64,000 bases of DNA from Blastocatellia bacterium (GTDB taxonomy: Bacteria > Acidobacteriota > Blastocatellia > UBA7656): positions 64,001-128,000 of the forward strand of contig CAVXWP010000015.1 in NCBI GenBank assembly GCA_963765495.1, read 5' to 3'. A program made the position numbers and the translations under genes. Below, piece after piece: positions 29,075-39,618 of the stretch. How positions within the stretch are numbered: the first letter of the stretch is position 1; each line of letters opens with the position of its first letter. The notes under the pieces were generated by a model that made no database searches, was not told the origin of the DNA, and saw only the letters and a list, made by a program, of their open reading frames with translations.

Positions 29075-29460
29075 AACCGTATGAAAAGCCGGAGGCCGGA
29101 TATCTGGATGGTCCCGCTCGTAACATGAATGCGAGATGTGGAGGAACAGGGGAGAGCTTAGTCGTTTAGACGCATTGCTTTAGCCCCTTTTTGCCACATC
29201 GAAGTCATAGTCAGCTATGGTGATAAGGAATACCGAATCCGATTGGCCGGGTCATTAGGCATCGATTACTCGAAACTCATGTTTTTTGAGCATCGGTCAT
29301 ATTGACTAAAAACATTCGCTCAATTTGCGGTTGGCCTTGAGCAACGGCCCAGGCCCAGGCTCGTGGCTGTCGGCAATAATTACCGGATTTATTCTGGAGA
29401 TATAAGGAGATTAGGATTTTTAAATCAAAGGGAGGGAAGACGTGATATGAGGAAGCTTAA

Positions 29461-29919
29461 ATGCCCCACGACGCTTCGCTGCGGGAGTCTGTTAAAGATG
29501 AGGATAGCGGTTATACTTTGATCGAGTTGCTGGTCGTTGTCTTCATTATTGGAGTCATCACCGCCATAGCAATTCCAAACCTATCCCGCGCCAGGCATTA
29601 TGCCAATTCCGGCTCCGCCATCCAATCGCTAAGAACGATCTCTACCGCGGAACAGACCTACAGAATCAGGTATGGTTTCTATTGCGCCTGGGAGATTCTC
29701 GTACAGGATGAGTATCTGGGGGCCGCTCTCAGCTCCGGCTACAAGAGCAACTACAATTTCACTCTGAATCTGGGCTCCGACGCCAAGTCGTTCGACTCTA
29801 TCGCCACGCCAGTGGACCTGCCCACTGTCCTCGATCATTTTTTCACGGACCAGACCGGGGTAATTCGCTTTAATACCGGTGCCCCCGCCGATGCAAGTAG
29901 CCCGCCGATACCGAGATGA
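29461..29919 (+). CDS. Type IV pilin-like protein
   Basis: Class III signal G|YTLIELLVVVFIIGVITAIAIPNL; C-terminal FFTDQTGVIR. Confidence 0.9.
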   Translation: MPHDASLRESVKDEDSGYTLIELLVVVFIIGVITAIAIPNLSRARHYANSGSAIQSLRTISTAEQTYRIRYGFYCAWEILVQDEYLGAALSSGYKSNYNFTLNLGSDAKSFDSIATPVDLPTVLDHFFTDQTGVIRFNTGAPADASSPPIPR

Positions 29920-29963
29920 ATTAGACGCCTCGCAGCAAAATTAGCGTTGGAGGATTTATTGTT

Positions 29964-32240
29964 ATGAACAAAGCGAGTGCCCTGCGTATAGCGGAAATGC
30001 ATGCTCTTAAAGGAGAGTATCTTCTCGCCATCGCAATGTATTCTAAGATCGCTGTGACTGACCCAAAAGACTCCACGATAATAAATGTGCTGGGTGATCT
30101 TTATGTTCGCACAGGTATGATCCCGGAGGCGATAGCCCGGTTCTCGCAAGCCGCCCACCTTTACATCGAAACCGGCTTTACGGGCAAGGCTGTTGCTGTA
30201 CTGAAAAAAGTTTTGAAGCTTGAACCCGGCAATCTGGAGGCAACATCGGAACTCGCCTCTCTCTACTGGCGGCAGGGGTTACTGGCCGAGGCGCGCGAGC
30301 GGTATTTTCTGATTGCCGAAACCTATATGCGGAGTGGAGAGACAGACAAGGTTATTGAAACTTATCAGAAGATTGCCGACATGGACCCCTCCAATGTAGC
30401 GGCCTGGATGAACCTGGGCGAAGGTTACTCTTCCAGAGGCTCCTCCGACAAAGCGCACAATGCTTTCTTAACAGCCGGAACTGAGTTCCTGCGCAGGGGA
30501 AAGATAGAAGATGCGCTCGACGCACATATGAAAGCTCTTGCTGCTGATCCTGACAGCTATCAGGCCCCCCTGACCATTGCCAAAATCTACATTCAGCAGG
30601 ATCAGACAGACCGGGCGGTCGAAGTTCTCTGCCAGACCCTTGAGAGGTACCCCGCCGATGTCACCCTGCTCGATATGCTCGGTTGCGCATATTTAGCAGC
30701 GGGCCTTATGGATGAGGCGGAACAAACATTCCTTGGTATTGTTGTTCTCGACCCCGGTCTCTACGACTGTGTGCTTCGAACTGCTCAGAGGTTCCTGGAA
30801 CTAAACGATCTTGATCGGGCAGCCGAGCAAATCGATGCCTGCATCGACATGATGCTTGCAGAGAGGGAAGAGCAAAAGGCAATAGACCTTCTCAGACAGA
30901 TACTGGACCGTGACAAAAATCACATCGGTTCCCTCAAGAGGCTCGCCGAGATTCATTCTCGATTACGCGAAGACTACAATCTCATAGCAATTCTCAAATC
31001 TTTGGCCGAAGCCGCCATCTGTAAGGGGAACGATGATGAAGCGATTGCCGCGCTAAAAGAGCTTGCCGAACTTGAGCCCGACGAGCAGACACATCGCCAG
31101 AGGTTGCAGGCTTTTGGCGTGCAGATGGAACCACGCCCCTTTGTGAAACCCGCCAGTGAGTGTGGGCTTGTCCTCTATGAATCGAGCGGCAGCCCTTTGT
31201 TCGAGGATCGAGTCCCGGAGATTAAGGGCGAAACAGGCTTTGTGATTTTTACAGGAGGAGACAGATTGAGTGGCGAATCAGTTGTCGAACGCCTGCCCGA
31301 ATCGGCTGGCGTAAACGGACCCCTCGTTAATGCTGAATCTCGAGATTCGTCTGATCTGTTTCTTGAGGGGGTGCCAGTCAGCCTCAATGCCGATCTGGAA
31401 TATATTGATTTCTTGTTGGAGCAGGGATACGTCGATACAGTGCGCCAGGTTCTCGACAGTATACGAAATAGACAGGGGGATCATCCCGAGATAATGCTTC
31501 GATACGATATGCTTGATAATTCCTCGAATCATTTACCGGATACTTTGACTGAAAGCCAATCCTCCAATATCTCTGCTCCTGACCCCGATTTTATCAACGG
31601 GATTTCCAGGATGAAGGAGATTTTTAAGGCCGACATGCTGGCCAGACAGGGGCATATCGAACAGGCAGCGGCAAGGCTCAGAGAGATCATCAAGAGTGAT
31701 CCCGATAATGCTCTGGCTCGCCTTAAGCTAAGGCAAATTTATCTACAGATCGGTATGACGAAACTGGCCACTGATGAAACTCTACAACTCGCTCGCATAC
31801 AGCACATATACAGCGAGGCGGGGCGGTCAGTCGGCTTTGTCAGAGGTTCTCAATCAGAGCCGATCCCCGATCCTGTCCAGGCAACCCGGCAGCCTTCCCG
31901 ACATATGAATGGGTGTGAATCGGAGTTCGAGGCGGCGCTCTCAAATGAAAAGCGCATGCTAAAGCGAATGGCTCTCTCGTTACCGCTTTTAGCGATCCAG
32001 GAGAATATCTCGTGGCAGGAATTTACAGAGAGTCTCAATGCCAATCAAAACGGCATGATGTTTCGCCTGATGCATCCGGTTCAGGTTGGAATGAGACTTC
32101 AGATAAAGACACCCATGCCGAGGCAATTCCGAATCCACAGTTGCGATAAAAGAATCTATGAAGTTGGCTGTGTTGTTCGCCACAGGGCAGGTGAAGAATT
32201 CGGATGGAATCTCGTGGGAGTAGATTTCGGCTTTGTATAA
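29964..32240 (+). CDS. Multi-TPR protein with C-terminal PilZ-like domain
   Basis: Many TPR helices; C-terminal RMLKR (RxxxR), degenerate NANQNG, WNLVGVDF end. Confidence 0.75.
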   Translation: MNKASALRIAEMHALKGEYLLAIAMYSKIAVTDPKDSTIINVLGDLYVRTGMIPEAIARFSQAAHLYIETGFTGKAVAVLKKVLKLEPGNLEATSELASLYWRQGLLAEARERYFLIAETYMRSGETDKVIETYQKIADMDPSNVAAWMNLGEGYSSRGSSDKAHNAFLTAGTEFLRRGKIEDALDAHMKALAADPDSYQAPLTIAKIYIQQDQTDRAVEVLCQTLERYPADVTLLDMLGCAYLAAGLMDEAEQTFLGIVVLDPGLYDCVLRTAQRFLELNDLDRAAEQIDACIDMMLAEREEQKAIDLLRQILDRDKNHIGSLKRLAEIHSRLREDYNLIAILKSLAEAAICKGNDDEAIAALKELAELEPDEQTHRQRLQAFGVQMEPRPFVKPASECGLVLYESSGSPLFEDRVPEIKGETGFVIFTGGDRLSGESVVERLPESAGVNGPLVNAESRDSSDLFLEGVPVSLNADLEYIDFLLEQGYVDTVRQVLDSIRNRQGDHPEIMLRYDMLDNSSNHLPDTLTESQSSNISAPDPDFINGISRMKEIFKADMLARQGHIEQAAARLREIIKSDPDNALARLKLRQIYLQIGMTKLATDETLQLARIQHIYSEAGRSVGFVRGSQSEPIPDPVQATRQPSRHMNGCESEFEAALSNEKRMLKRMALSLPLLAIQENISWQEFTESLNANQNGMMFRLMHPVQVGMRLQIKTPMPRQFRIHSCDKRIYEVGCVVRHRAGEEFGWNLVGVDFGFV

Positions 32241-32285
32241 AGCCTGTTCAAACGGTCTTTGACTGATGTCGAGCACCGTTGTCTA

Positions 32286-32777
32286 TTACCTGTCCGCGTC
32301 GAAATAACGGCTGCGATAAAACACGCTGTCGTCGAAATAGCCCCGCAGCAACTCTATGCGGTCCTCTTCGACGCCGGGGATGACGGTCACGACATCATAG
32401 CGATATGTTTCTTCGACCACATTCATCAATAAGCGATAGCGCCGCGCGGCGCGAGCTATCTGTCGCTGCTTCCTGAGACCTACGGCCCGCTCGGGGGCGA
32501 CTATCTCATCCGAGGTGCGAGTCTTCACTTCTATAAAGACGAGCGTATCGCTGTCATAAGCGATAATATCAATCTCGGCGGTGAGTTTCTGCCCGCGCAG
32601 ACCGCGCCCGAGCGGCACAAGGAAATTACGAGCTACGATTCGGTATCCTTCACGCTCTTTCAGGTAGGTGAGGGCTGCGCGCTCGCCTCGCTCTCCGAGT
32701 TTGAGGTGAGGCGCACGGGCGCTCTTCTTCCGTTTCGAGAAAAATTGTTTGATCGCGCGGGACATAGGTTCAGTCAT
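32286..32777 (-). CDS. yraN: YraN/UPF0102 PD-(D/E)xK nuclease-like protein
   Basis: LGERGERAA, EIDII, LVFIEVKTR, YRYDVV; start uncertain (32777 or 32765). Confidence 0.88.
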   Translation of the reverse strand: MTEPMSRAIKQFFSKRKKSARAPHLKLGERGERAALTYLKEREGYRIVARNFLVPLGRGLRGQKLTAEIDIIAYDSDTLVFIEVKTRTSDEIVAPERAVGLRKQRQIARAARRYRLLMNVVEETYRYDVVTVIPGVEEDRIELLRGYFDDSVFYRSRYFDADR

Positions 32778-32834
32778 CTTATACCGGTATATGAGCTTGT
32801 AAAAGCTTTGATGGACGATATACATTGAAAGCAT

Positions 32835-34226
32835 ATGGAGGAGATTCAATCATCAGAGCCGCAGGCGGAAGAGACAGACCGGCAAGTGCTTCCGACCGTA
32901 GTGATACTCGGTCGCCCTAACGTAGGCAAATCCACCCTCTTTAACAAGCTGACGGGCACGCGTCGCTCAATCGTGGGCGACGAGCCCGGAATAACACGCG
33001 ACCGGATTTACGGGCGCGCCGAATGGCTTGACCGCGAGTTTCGCCTCGTTGACACGGGCGGCATCATCCCCGACGAGAAGGAGTTTATCCCGGCGAACAT
33101 ACTTCGGCAGGCGCGAGCCGCGCTCGAAGAATCCTCGCTGATCCTGCTCGTAGTCGATGCGCGGGCGGGGATCACGCCGCTTGATGAAGAGCTTGCCGTG
33201 CTTGCGCGCTCAATCGCCAAACCTGTCTTTGTCGCCGCCAACAAAGTTGACACGGCAAAGCTCGAAGCCGACGCGATGGAGTTCGAGCGATGGGGATTCG
33301 CCGGAGTCTTTCCCGTTTCGGCAGAACACGGCAACGGGCTTGGAGACCTCCTTGATGCGGCGCTTGAGATTTTGCCTGCGCCACAGACCGTGGAGGAAGA
33401 GACGCGGGAAATCTCTTTGAGCATAGTCGGGCGTCCAAACGTGGGCAAATCCTCTATGGTCAACCGGCTGACCGGCGCAGAGCGCGTGATCGTCTCTCCC
33501 ATCCCGGGCACGACTCGCGACGCGATTGACACGGAGATCGAATACGAAGGGACGCTTTTCCGTTTGATTGACACGGCCGGTATTCGCCGCAAAGGCAAGA
33601 CCGAGTTGATGGCCGAAAAGCTGTCTGTAATCATGGCTCGCCGCCATCTTGAACGCGCCGACGTAGCCATCCTGTTGATTGACGCTGTAGAAGGCCCGAC
33701 CGCCCTCGATGCTACGATAGGCGGCTACGCTCACGAAGCGGGCGCGAGCCTTATAATCGGCGTCAACAAGTGGGACGCCGTAGAGAAAGACACCTACACG
33801 ACACTCGAATACGAACGCCGCATACGCGAGATGATGAAGTTTGCCGACTACGCACCCATCGTCTTCATTTCGGCGAAGACCGGCCAGCGCGTGACGAAGC
33901 TGCTCGAACTCGCCCGGCGCGCATACGAAGAGCGCGGTAAACGTGTCTCGACGGCGGAACTCAATCGTTTCTTTGAAAGAAATCTGCAACAGCCTCGCGC
34001 CACTACGCCTTCGCGCCACCCGTTGCGCGTGCTCTATATCACACAGGCGACTACACGCCCGCCGACATTCGTGCTCTTCACATCCTCTCGAAGCCCGCGC
34101 GCAAAGTTACATTTCTCTTACGAGCGTTACATCGAAAACCGCCTCCGCGAAGAGTTCGAATTCTTCGCAACGCCCATCAGAATAAAGCAGCGCCGCAAGA
34201 AAGGTGAACAGCGTGGAAAGAGGTAA
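32835..34226 (+). CDS. der: Ribosome biogenesis GTPase Der (EngA)
   Basis: Two GRPNVGKS domains, DTGG/DTAG, NKVD/NKWD, SYERYIENRLR. Confidence 0.97.
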   Translation: MEEIQSSEPQAEETDRQVLPTVVILGRPNVGKSTLFNKLTGTRRSIVGDEPGITRDRIYGRAEWLDREFRLVDTGGIIPDEKEFIPANILRQARAALEESSLILLVVDARAGITPLDEELAVLARSIAKPVFVAANKVDTAKLEADAMEFERWGFAGVFPVSAEHGNGLGDLLDAALEILPAPQTVEEETREISLSIVGRPNVGKSSMVNRLTGAERVIVSPIPGTTRDAIDTEIEYEGTLFRLIDTAGIRRKGKTELMAEKLSVIMARRHLERADVAILLIDAVEGPTALDATIGGYAHEAGASLIIGVNKWDAVEKDTYTTLEYERRIREMMKFADYAPIVFISAKTGQRVTKLLELARRAYEERGKRVSTAELNRFFERNLQQPRATTPSRHPLRVLYITQATTRPPTFVLFTSSRSPRAKLHFSYERYIENRLREEFEFFATPIRIKQRRKKGEQRGKR

Positions 34227-34306
34227 AGAGGGTGTCTGTCTTTGCCGGTCGTTTAATTCTCAGATTGACCTGTCGGGATTGTAGAAAAGCACTGATTGAT
34301 TTATGA

Positions 34307-34377
34307 AAAAGCTTTGCGGACTTTGCGCCTCAGTGCCCTGACGTGAGCCTACTTCTCGCAAAGTCCGCAAAGCTTTT
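34307..34377. repeat. Perfect 21-bp inverted repeat of CTTTGCG units between convergent der and dnaJ; possible bidirectional terminator
   Basis: AAAAGCTTTGCGGACTTTGCG (34307-34327) / CGCAAAGTCCGCAAAGCTTTT (34357-34377). Confidence 0.88.
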
Positions 34378-34402
34378 CCTGAGAATCAAAGTTCGTTTTG
34401 AT

Positions 34403-35524
34403 TTAACTGAAAATATCTTTCACCTTGCCGATAATGCCGCGATCATTGCCCTGACCATCCTGGGATTCCAAAGCGGCCAGTTCCTCCATCAATCGGCGCT
34501 GCTCTCTGGAAAGATTGGTCGGAGTGATGACCGAAACGGCCACAAACAGATCGCCACGCCCGCGACCTCCAAGCATCGGCATTCCCTTGCCCCGTATGCG
34601 AAATACCTTGCCGTTTTGTGTCCCTTCGGGAACCTTTAATACCTCTTCTTCATCCAGCGTAGGCACTCTTACCTGGGTGCCGAGCGCGGCCTGAGTAAAT
34701 GATATAGGCAGGGCGCAATAGAGGTTTGCATCGCGCCGTTCGAACAGCTCGTGTTCCTTGACATGAAGGATTACATACAGGTCTCCGCGAGTCGCTCCGG
34801 GTTCGCCTGCTTCGCCTTCGCCCGTAATGCGCAGGCGGGTGCCCGTGTCAGCTCCGGCGGGTATTTTGATTTCAAGAGTTTTGTCGCGCTCGATGCGGCC
34901 TCCGCCCCGGCACTGGCGGCACACATCTTTTATGATTTTGCCCGCCCCTCGACAGGTTGAGCATGTGCGACTTACCGAAAAGAAACCCTGTTGATAACGG
35001 ACCTGCCCCGTTCCTGCGCAGGTCGCGCAGCGGGTGGGCGATGATCCCGAGGCGGCGCCTGTACCTTCGCAACTCTCGCATGTCTCAAGGCGCGGCACGC
35101 GAATCTTGGTCTTAAGCCCGCTTGCCGCCTCTTCAAGCGAAATCTCTATGTCGTATCTGAGGTCTGAGCCGCGACGCGGCCCTGACCGGCGACCGCCCCG
35201 CCCTCCGAATATTTCCCCGAATCCGAAGAGATCGCTCAGGATGTCTTCAAATCCCGGAAAGCCCTGTCCGAATCCCGCGCCCGCGCCCGCGCTTGCGCCC
35301 ACTCCCGCGTGGCCGTAGCGGTCATAACGCGGGCGAAGCTCGGCTGATGACAAGACCTGATAGGCTTCGGCTATCTCCTTGAAGCGTTCCTCGGCTTCGT
35401 GGTCTCCGGGGTTCTTATCGGGGTGATATTTGATTGCCAGACGGCGGTATGCCTGTTTCAGTTCCTGCTCGGTCGCACTGCGCTCGACGCCGAGCACCTC
35501 GTAATAATCGCGTTTGCTACTCAA
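34403..35524 (-). CDS. dnaJ: Chaperone DnaJ
   Basis: DYYEVLG, HPD, G/F region, four CxxCxGxG repeats; TTG start at 35524 inferred. Confidence 0.97.
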   Translation of the reverse strand: MSSKRDYYEVLGVERSATEQELKQAYRRLAIKYHPDKNPGDHEAEERFKEIAEAYQVLSSAELRPRYDRYGHAGVGASAGAGAGFGQGFPGFEDILSDLFGFGEIFGGRGGRRSGPRRGSDLRYDIEISLEEAASGLKTKIRVPRLETCESCEGTGAASGSSPTRCATCAGTGQVRYQQGFFSVSRTCSTCRGAGKIIKDVCRQCRGGGRIERDKTLEIKIPAGADTGTRLRITGEGEAGEPGATRGDLYVILHVKEHELFERRDANLYCALPISFTQAALGTQVRVPTLDEEEVLKVPEGTQNGKVFRIRGKGMPMLGGRGRGDLFVAVSVITPTNLSREQRRLMEELAALESQDGQGNDRGIIGKVKDIFS

Positions 35525-35627
35525 GTCTCTTTTTACCTCTGAGGGGTTTATTTTGGCTCGTTCAGGGGTGGCGCATATTGAAACGCGCCACATGCTGAAC
35601 GAAGCCTGAGATTGATTATAGCAAAGT

Positions 35628-37496
35628 TTACGACATTTCCGATAACGGAGTTGCCTCTTCTTCACCGGGCTGGGCCGAGCCGGACTGAAGTCCCGTCGGG
35701 CGGAACATCACATCGGTAATCAAGCGAGCAGCCGTTTCGAGTTGTTCGAGCGCGTAACGGACCTCTCCGGCGTCATCGCTCAGGACCGATACGCGCCCGT
35801 TTTCAAGCGCCGTGCGCGCAAATTCCTGATCCCGCGAGCTTAACATCCAGCCAAATTCCGTGAAGGACCGAATCGTGTTTTGAAGCAGTCCCTCGAGCCG
35901 GTTGCGCGCAATGATGACCTCTTTCATCCTGCGGTCGGTATCAATGTTGCGACCGGCCTCTTCAATCAAATCATATATCTCGGAGGCCGACAGCCCCGAA
36001 GACGGAGTGATTCGCATGGCCTGCTCGTGGTTTGTCATCTTGTCGCGAGCCGAGACCGAGACTATGCCGTCGGCGTCCACTTCGAATGTCACCTCGATCT
36101 GAGGCAGGCCGCGCGGAGCGGTCGGTATGCCGACAAGCTCGAAACGCGCAAGGCTGCGATTGCCCGAAGCGATTTCGCGCTCGCCTTGAAGAACGTGGAC
36201 CTCGACCACCTGCTGATTGTCTGCGACGGTCGTAAAGACAAGGCTCTTTTTGGTAGGAATGGTCGAGTTGCGGTCGAGTATTTTTGTAAACAACCCGCCG
36301 CGCGTCTCTATTCCGAGCGAGAGCGGAATCACATCGAGCAGTATGAGGTCTTTGACATCGCCCGACAGCACGCCCGCCTGAATGGCTGCGCCGATTGCGA
36401 CTACCTCATCAGGATTGATCTCAATCGAAGGCTCACGTCCGAATATTTCGCGCACGCGAGCGACTATAATGGGTGAACGGGTCTGGCCGCCTACAAGCAG
36501 CACCTTGGTAATATCGGATGGTGTAAGACGGGCGTCGCTGAGCGCCTTCTGGCACGGCTCTATTGTGCGCTCGACCAGATCGACTACGAGTTCTTCGAAT
36601 TTCTGACGCGAGAGCGTCTTGTTGAAATGCTTGGGCCCGGTCTGATCCGCTGCAATAAAAGGCAGATTCAACTGAGACTCTGTGGCCGTAGACAATTCGC
36701 ATTTTGCGCGCTCGGCGGCTTCTTTCAATCGCTGGAGCGCGAGACGATCCGAGCGCAGGTCTATGCCGGTCTCTTCCTGGAAGGTTTCGATCATCCATTC
36801 GACCACGCGCTGATCAAAGTCTTCGCCGCCCAGAAACGAATCGCCGCAGGTTGAGAGCACTTCGAAGACGCCATCGCACATCTCCATTATCGATATGTCA
36901 AACGTGCCTCCGCCAAGATCATAAACTGCGACCCGCTCGTTGTCGTGCTTGCCCAGACCATAGGCAAGCGCGGCGGCGGTCGGTTCATTGATTATGCGCT
37001 GGACGTTGAGACCCGCTATTTTGCCCGCATCCTTTGTCGCCTGTCGCTGGATATCGTCGAAGTAAGCGGGCACGGTGATGATCGCTTCCGTTACTTCGTC
37101 GCCGAGGAATTCTTCGGCCGCGAGTTTCAATCGCTGAAGCAGTATGGCCGATATTTCAGGCGGAGAATAATCTCGCCCACGTACCCGGACGCGGCAATCG
37201 CCGTTATGCGATTCGGTGATCTCGAAAGAGCAAACCTCGCACGCGCGGTTGACTTCAAGGGAGTTATATTTCCTTCCCATTAATCGCTTCACAGCATAGA
37301 TGGTATTGACCGAGTTCGTTATGGCCTGGCGCTTTGCTATCTGGCCTATCAGCCGCTCCCCCTTTTCAGTGAAAGCGACCACGGAAGGCGTTGTACGCCC
37401 GCCTTCTTTGTTGGGTACTATCTGTGTGACACCGCCTTCCAGTATCGCCACGCACGAATTGGTCGTGCCCAGGTCTATTCCTATAACTTTGCCCAT
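35628..37496 (-). CDS. dnaK: Chaperone DnaK (Hsp70)
   Basis: [47 protein letters not shown]; AAGGAGG SD. Confidence 0.96.
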   Translation of the reverse strand: MGKVIGIDLGTTNSCVAILEGGVTQIVPNKEGGRTTPSVVAFTEKGERLIGQIAKRQAITNSVNTIYAVKRLMGRKYNSLEVNRACEVCSFEITESHNGDCRVRVRGRDYSPPEISAILLQRLKLAAEEFLGDEVTEAIITVPAYFDDIQRQATKDAGKIAGLNVQRIINEPTAAALAYGLGKHDNERVAVYDLGGGTFDISIMEMCDGVFEVLSTCGDSFLGGEDFDQRVVEWMIETFQEETGIDLRSDRLALQRLKEAAERAKCELSTATESQLNLPFIAADQTGPKHFNKTLSRQKFEELVVDLVERTIEPCQKALSDARLTPSDITKVLLVGGQTRSPIIVARVREIFGREPSIEINPDEVVAIGAAIQAGVLSGDVKDLILLDVIPLSLGIETRGGLFTKILDRNSTIPTKKSLVFTTVADNQQVVEVHVLQGEREIASGNRSLARFELVGIPTAPRGLPQIEVTFEVDADGIVSVSARDKMTNHEQAMRITPSSGLSASEIYDLIEEAGRNIDTDRRMKEVIIARNRLEGLLQNTIRSFTEFGWMLSSRDQEFARTALENGRVSVLSDDAGEVRYALEQLETAARLITDVMFRPTGLQSGSAQPGEEEATPLSEMS

Positions 37497-37566
37497 AAGA
37501 GATCCTCCTTACATATATGGCCGAGTAAGGTATACGGGGGTACGGCTAATCGGGCAGGGGCAGGAA

Positions 37567-37654
37567 ATTTTGGATTTCGGATTTTAGATTTCGGATTCTC
37601 AGATTTGAAAGGCTATGCTCGATTCCCAATCTGAAATCCAAAATCTAAAATCGG
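37567..37654. repeat. Inverted heptamer array (GATTTNR)n...(AATCYRA)n
   Basis: ATTTTGG ATTTCGG ATTTTAG ATTTCGG ... AATCTGA AATCCAA AATCTAA AATCGG; begins at the grpE stop. Confidence 0.88.
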
Positions 37655-38407
37655 CTACCGGTTGGGGCTGGCGGCGACTTTTACCTTGGCCGGGCGAAGC
37701 AATCGGGTGCCCAGCCTATATCCGCGCTGAAACTCTTCAATGATCGTATCCTCTTCGTGATCTTCGCTCGGCTCGGTCGTTACAGCTTCGTGAAGGTTAG
37801 GATCAAATGTCTGACCCACACTCTCGACCGGCTCGAGCCCCATCCTTGTCACCGCATCGTTGAGTTGTTTGTGTATCAACTCAACACCCTGGCGCAGGGC
37901 CTCGGCATCGTTACCGCTCTTTTCCAGACTCACCAGAGCGCGCTCGAAATTATCGAGGACCGGGAGCAATTCGAGCAGCACTTCGGCGCGAGCGTGCTGA
38001 TAAATCTCGCCCTTTTCACGCTCGACGCGCTTGCGATAGTTATCGAACTCGGCCTGACGTCTGAGCGCCTGATCATAAAGCGATGTCTTCTCTTTTGTGA
38101 GCGCATCCACCTGCGCCTGCAATCCCGCCCATGCTGCATCCCAGGTCCGGCTCATCTCTTCGAAATCATCGGAGCGAGCATTCGGAGGTTCGGGTCTTGT
38201 GCGCGATTCGGTCTCCGGTTCGTTCTCAGCTACAAGCTCCAGTTCATCATCGCTGCTCAGTTCAAGCTCGGAGGAGAGGTCGCGCGCTTCTTGCCGTGAC
38301 TCATCATCTCCATCTGCAAACTCAATAGGAATCTCTCTAGCCTTGTTTTCCTTCTGTCGCATCTCGTATTTGTTATCTTCCTGTCTTTGTTCAATATTTA
38401 AGAACAT
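37655..38407 (-). CDS. grpE: Nucleotide exchange factor GrpE
   Basis: AEFDNYRKR, LLPVLDNFERAL, FDPNLHEA, GYRLGTRLLRPAKV; start 38407 or 38362. Confidence 0.95.
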   Translation of the reverse strand: MFLNIEQRQEDNKYEMRQKENKAREIPIEFADGDDESRQEARDLSSELELSSDDELELVAENEPETESRTRPEPPNARSDDFEEMSRTWDAAWAGLQAQVDALTKEKTSLYDQALRRQAEFDNYRKRVEREKGEIYQHARAEVLLELLPVLDNFERALVSLEKSGNDAEALRQGVELIHKQLNDAVTRMGLEPVESVGQTFDPNLHEAVTTEPSEDHEEDTIIEEFQRGYRLGTRLLRPAKVKVAASPNR

Positions 38408-39504
38408 CAAAGCGTCCGTGCCTGTCTGTTCAACTGTGACGAATTTTCCGGGTCGAACACGCGCTCAAACAGCCTGGAGATATAATCCACTACGCCGATG
38501 AGCCGGTCGTATTCGAGTCGCATAGGTCCCACAACACCTATGCTGCCGACTGCCGTGCCGCCGGCATAAAAGCAGGGCGACGCGATCACAGAGCAGTCGC
38601 GTAAACCGATAAAACGATTCTCGCTGCCTATCCGCACGGCTACAACCTCACGTTGTGCGCTCTCTATGCACTCGTTCAGGATTTTGACGATGCGGCTCTT
38701 CTGTTCAAACATCTTAAAGAGAGCAAACATCCGCTCGGTATCGGCAAAATCAGGCTTCGAGAGAATGTTCGATGCCCCTTCAATAAAAACATCGGGCCGG
38801 TCGCCTTCCTGGAGGCTATGGGCGCAAAGCAAAACGGCGTTGCGGAGGAAGCGGTCATAGATCGCTTTCTCTTCGCTCATGCGATGGAGCAATTCGTCGC
38901 GAATCTCGCTGAGCGTCCGACCGTAAAAATTTTCTATCAGGTACCGCGCCGTAGAGTTCAACTCGTCCTGAGTGAAATCCGTGTCAACGCGAACGACCCG
39001 ATCCTGAACGCGGCCCGCGCTTGAGACCGTGATCACGAGTATGCGCGTGTCGGGCAGCTTGACGAACTCTATGTGGCGCAATATGTCTCTTGTGATTGAC
39101 GGCGGCACGACTATGCCTACGTTGTCTGACAATTGCGACAGCAACTGGCTTGTCCGCTCCATCAACCGCTCAACGCTTATGAGCGATTCTTCGTCAAGCA
39201 ACTGCTCTTTTATGAGAGCCAGATCCGACCGCGAGAGCCGCATCATACCCATTAAATTGTCAACATAGAGCCTGTATCCCTTATCCGTGGGCACGCGCCC
39301 GGCGGAAGTGTGAGGGTGCGTCAAATAGCCTTCATCTTCAAGCTCTGCGCAAATATTGCGGATCGTGGCCGAAGAGAGCCCTTCACTCGACTGTTTAGCG
39401 AGCGCAAACGATCCGACCGGCTGACCCGTAGCGATGTGTAGCCTCACAATCGCAGTGAGTATCTCTTTCTTGCGGTCGTCCAAGATGAAACCGCTTCTCT
39501 TCAT
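38407..39504 (-). CDS. hrcA: Heat-inducible transcription repressor HrcA
   Basis: PVGS, LSSATIRN, HTSAGRVPTDKGYR, GPMRLEY. Confidence 0.96.
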   Translation of the reverse strand: MKRSGFILDDRKKEILTAIVRLHIATGQPVGSFALAKQSSEGLSSATIRNICAELEDEGYLTHPHTSAGRVPTDKGYRLYVDNLMGMMRLSRSDLALIKEQLLDEESLISVERLMERTSQLLSQLSDNVGIVVPPSITRDILRHIEFVKLPDTRILVITVSSAGRVQDRVVRVDTDFTQDELNSTARYLIENFYGRTLSEIRDELLHRMSEEKAIYDRFLRNAVLLCAHSLQEGDRPDVFIEGASNILSKPDFADTERMFALFKMFEQKSRIVKILNECIESAQREVVAVRIGSENRFIGLRDCSVIASPCFYAGGTAVGSIGVVGPMRLEYDRLIGVVDYISRLFERVFDPENSSQLNRQARTL

Positions 39505-39547
39505 AAATTCATCACAAGGGAGCAGGCCCGAATGGTATCTCAACCGT

Positions 39548-39576
39548 AACTTAGCATCGACAGCCTACCCTGTCAA
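39548..39576 (-). promoter_or_regulatory. Sigma70 promoter of the hrcA operon
   Basis: TTGACA-17 nt-TAAGTT with extended TG. Confidence 0.7.
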
Positions 39577-39618
39577 TAATATTGCCCTGAGAAGGGGTTG
39601 GCGGGCAAGGGTTTTCGG

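Noticed and set aside
28970-29460. Cyclic-di-GMP riboswitch in the divergent intergenic region
   Set aside because: The GEMM core (GCAAACC...GAAA...GGGACGCAAAGC) could not be matched on either strand by eye; an Infernal search would settle it
37520-37560. Sigma32 promoter before dnaK (CCCCGTAT)
   Set aside because: No CTTGAA -35 at the proper spacing
39551-39577. Canonical CIRCE element
   Set aside because: Only TTAGCA matches; the inner CTC/GAG is absent and spacing is one base short
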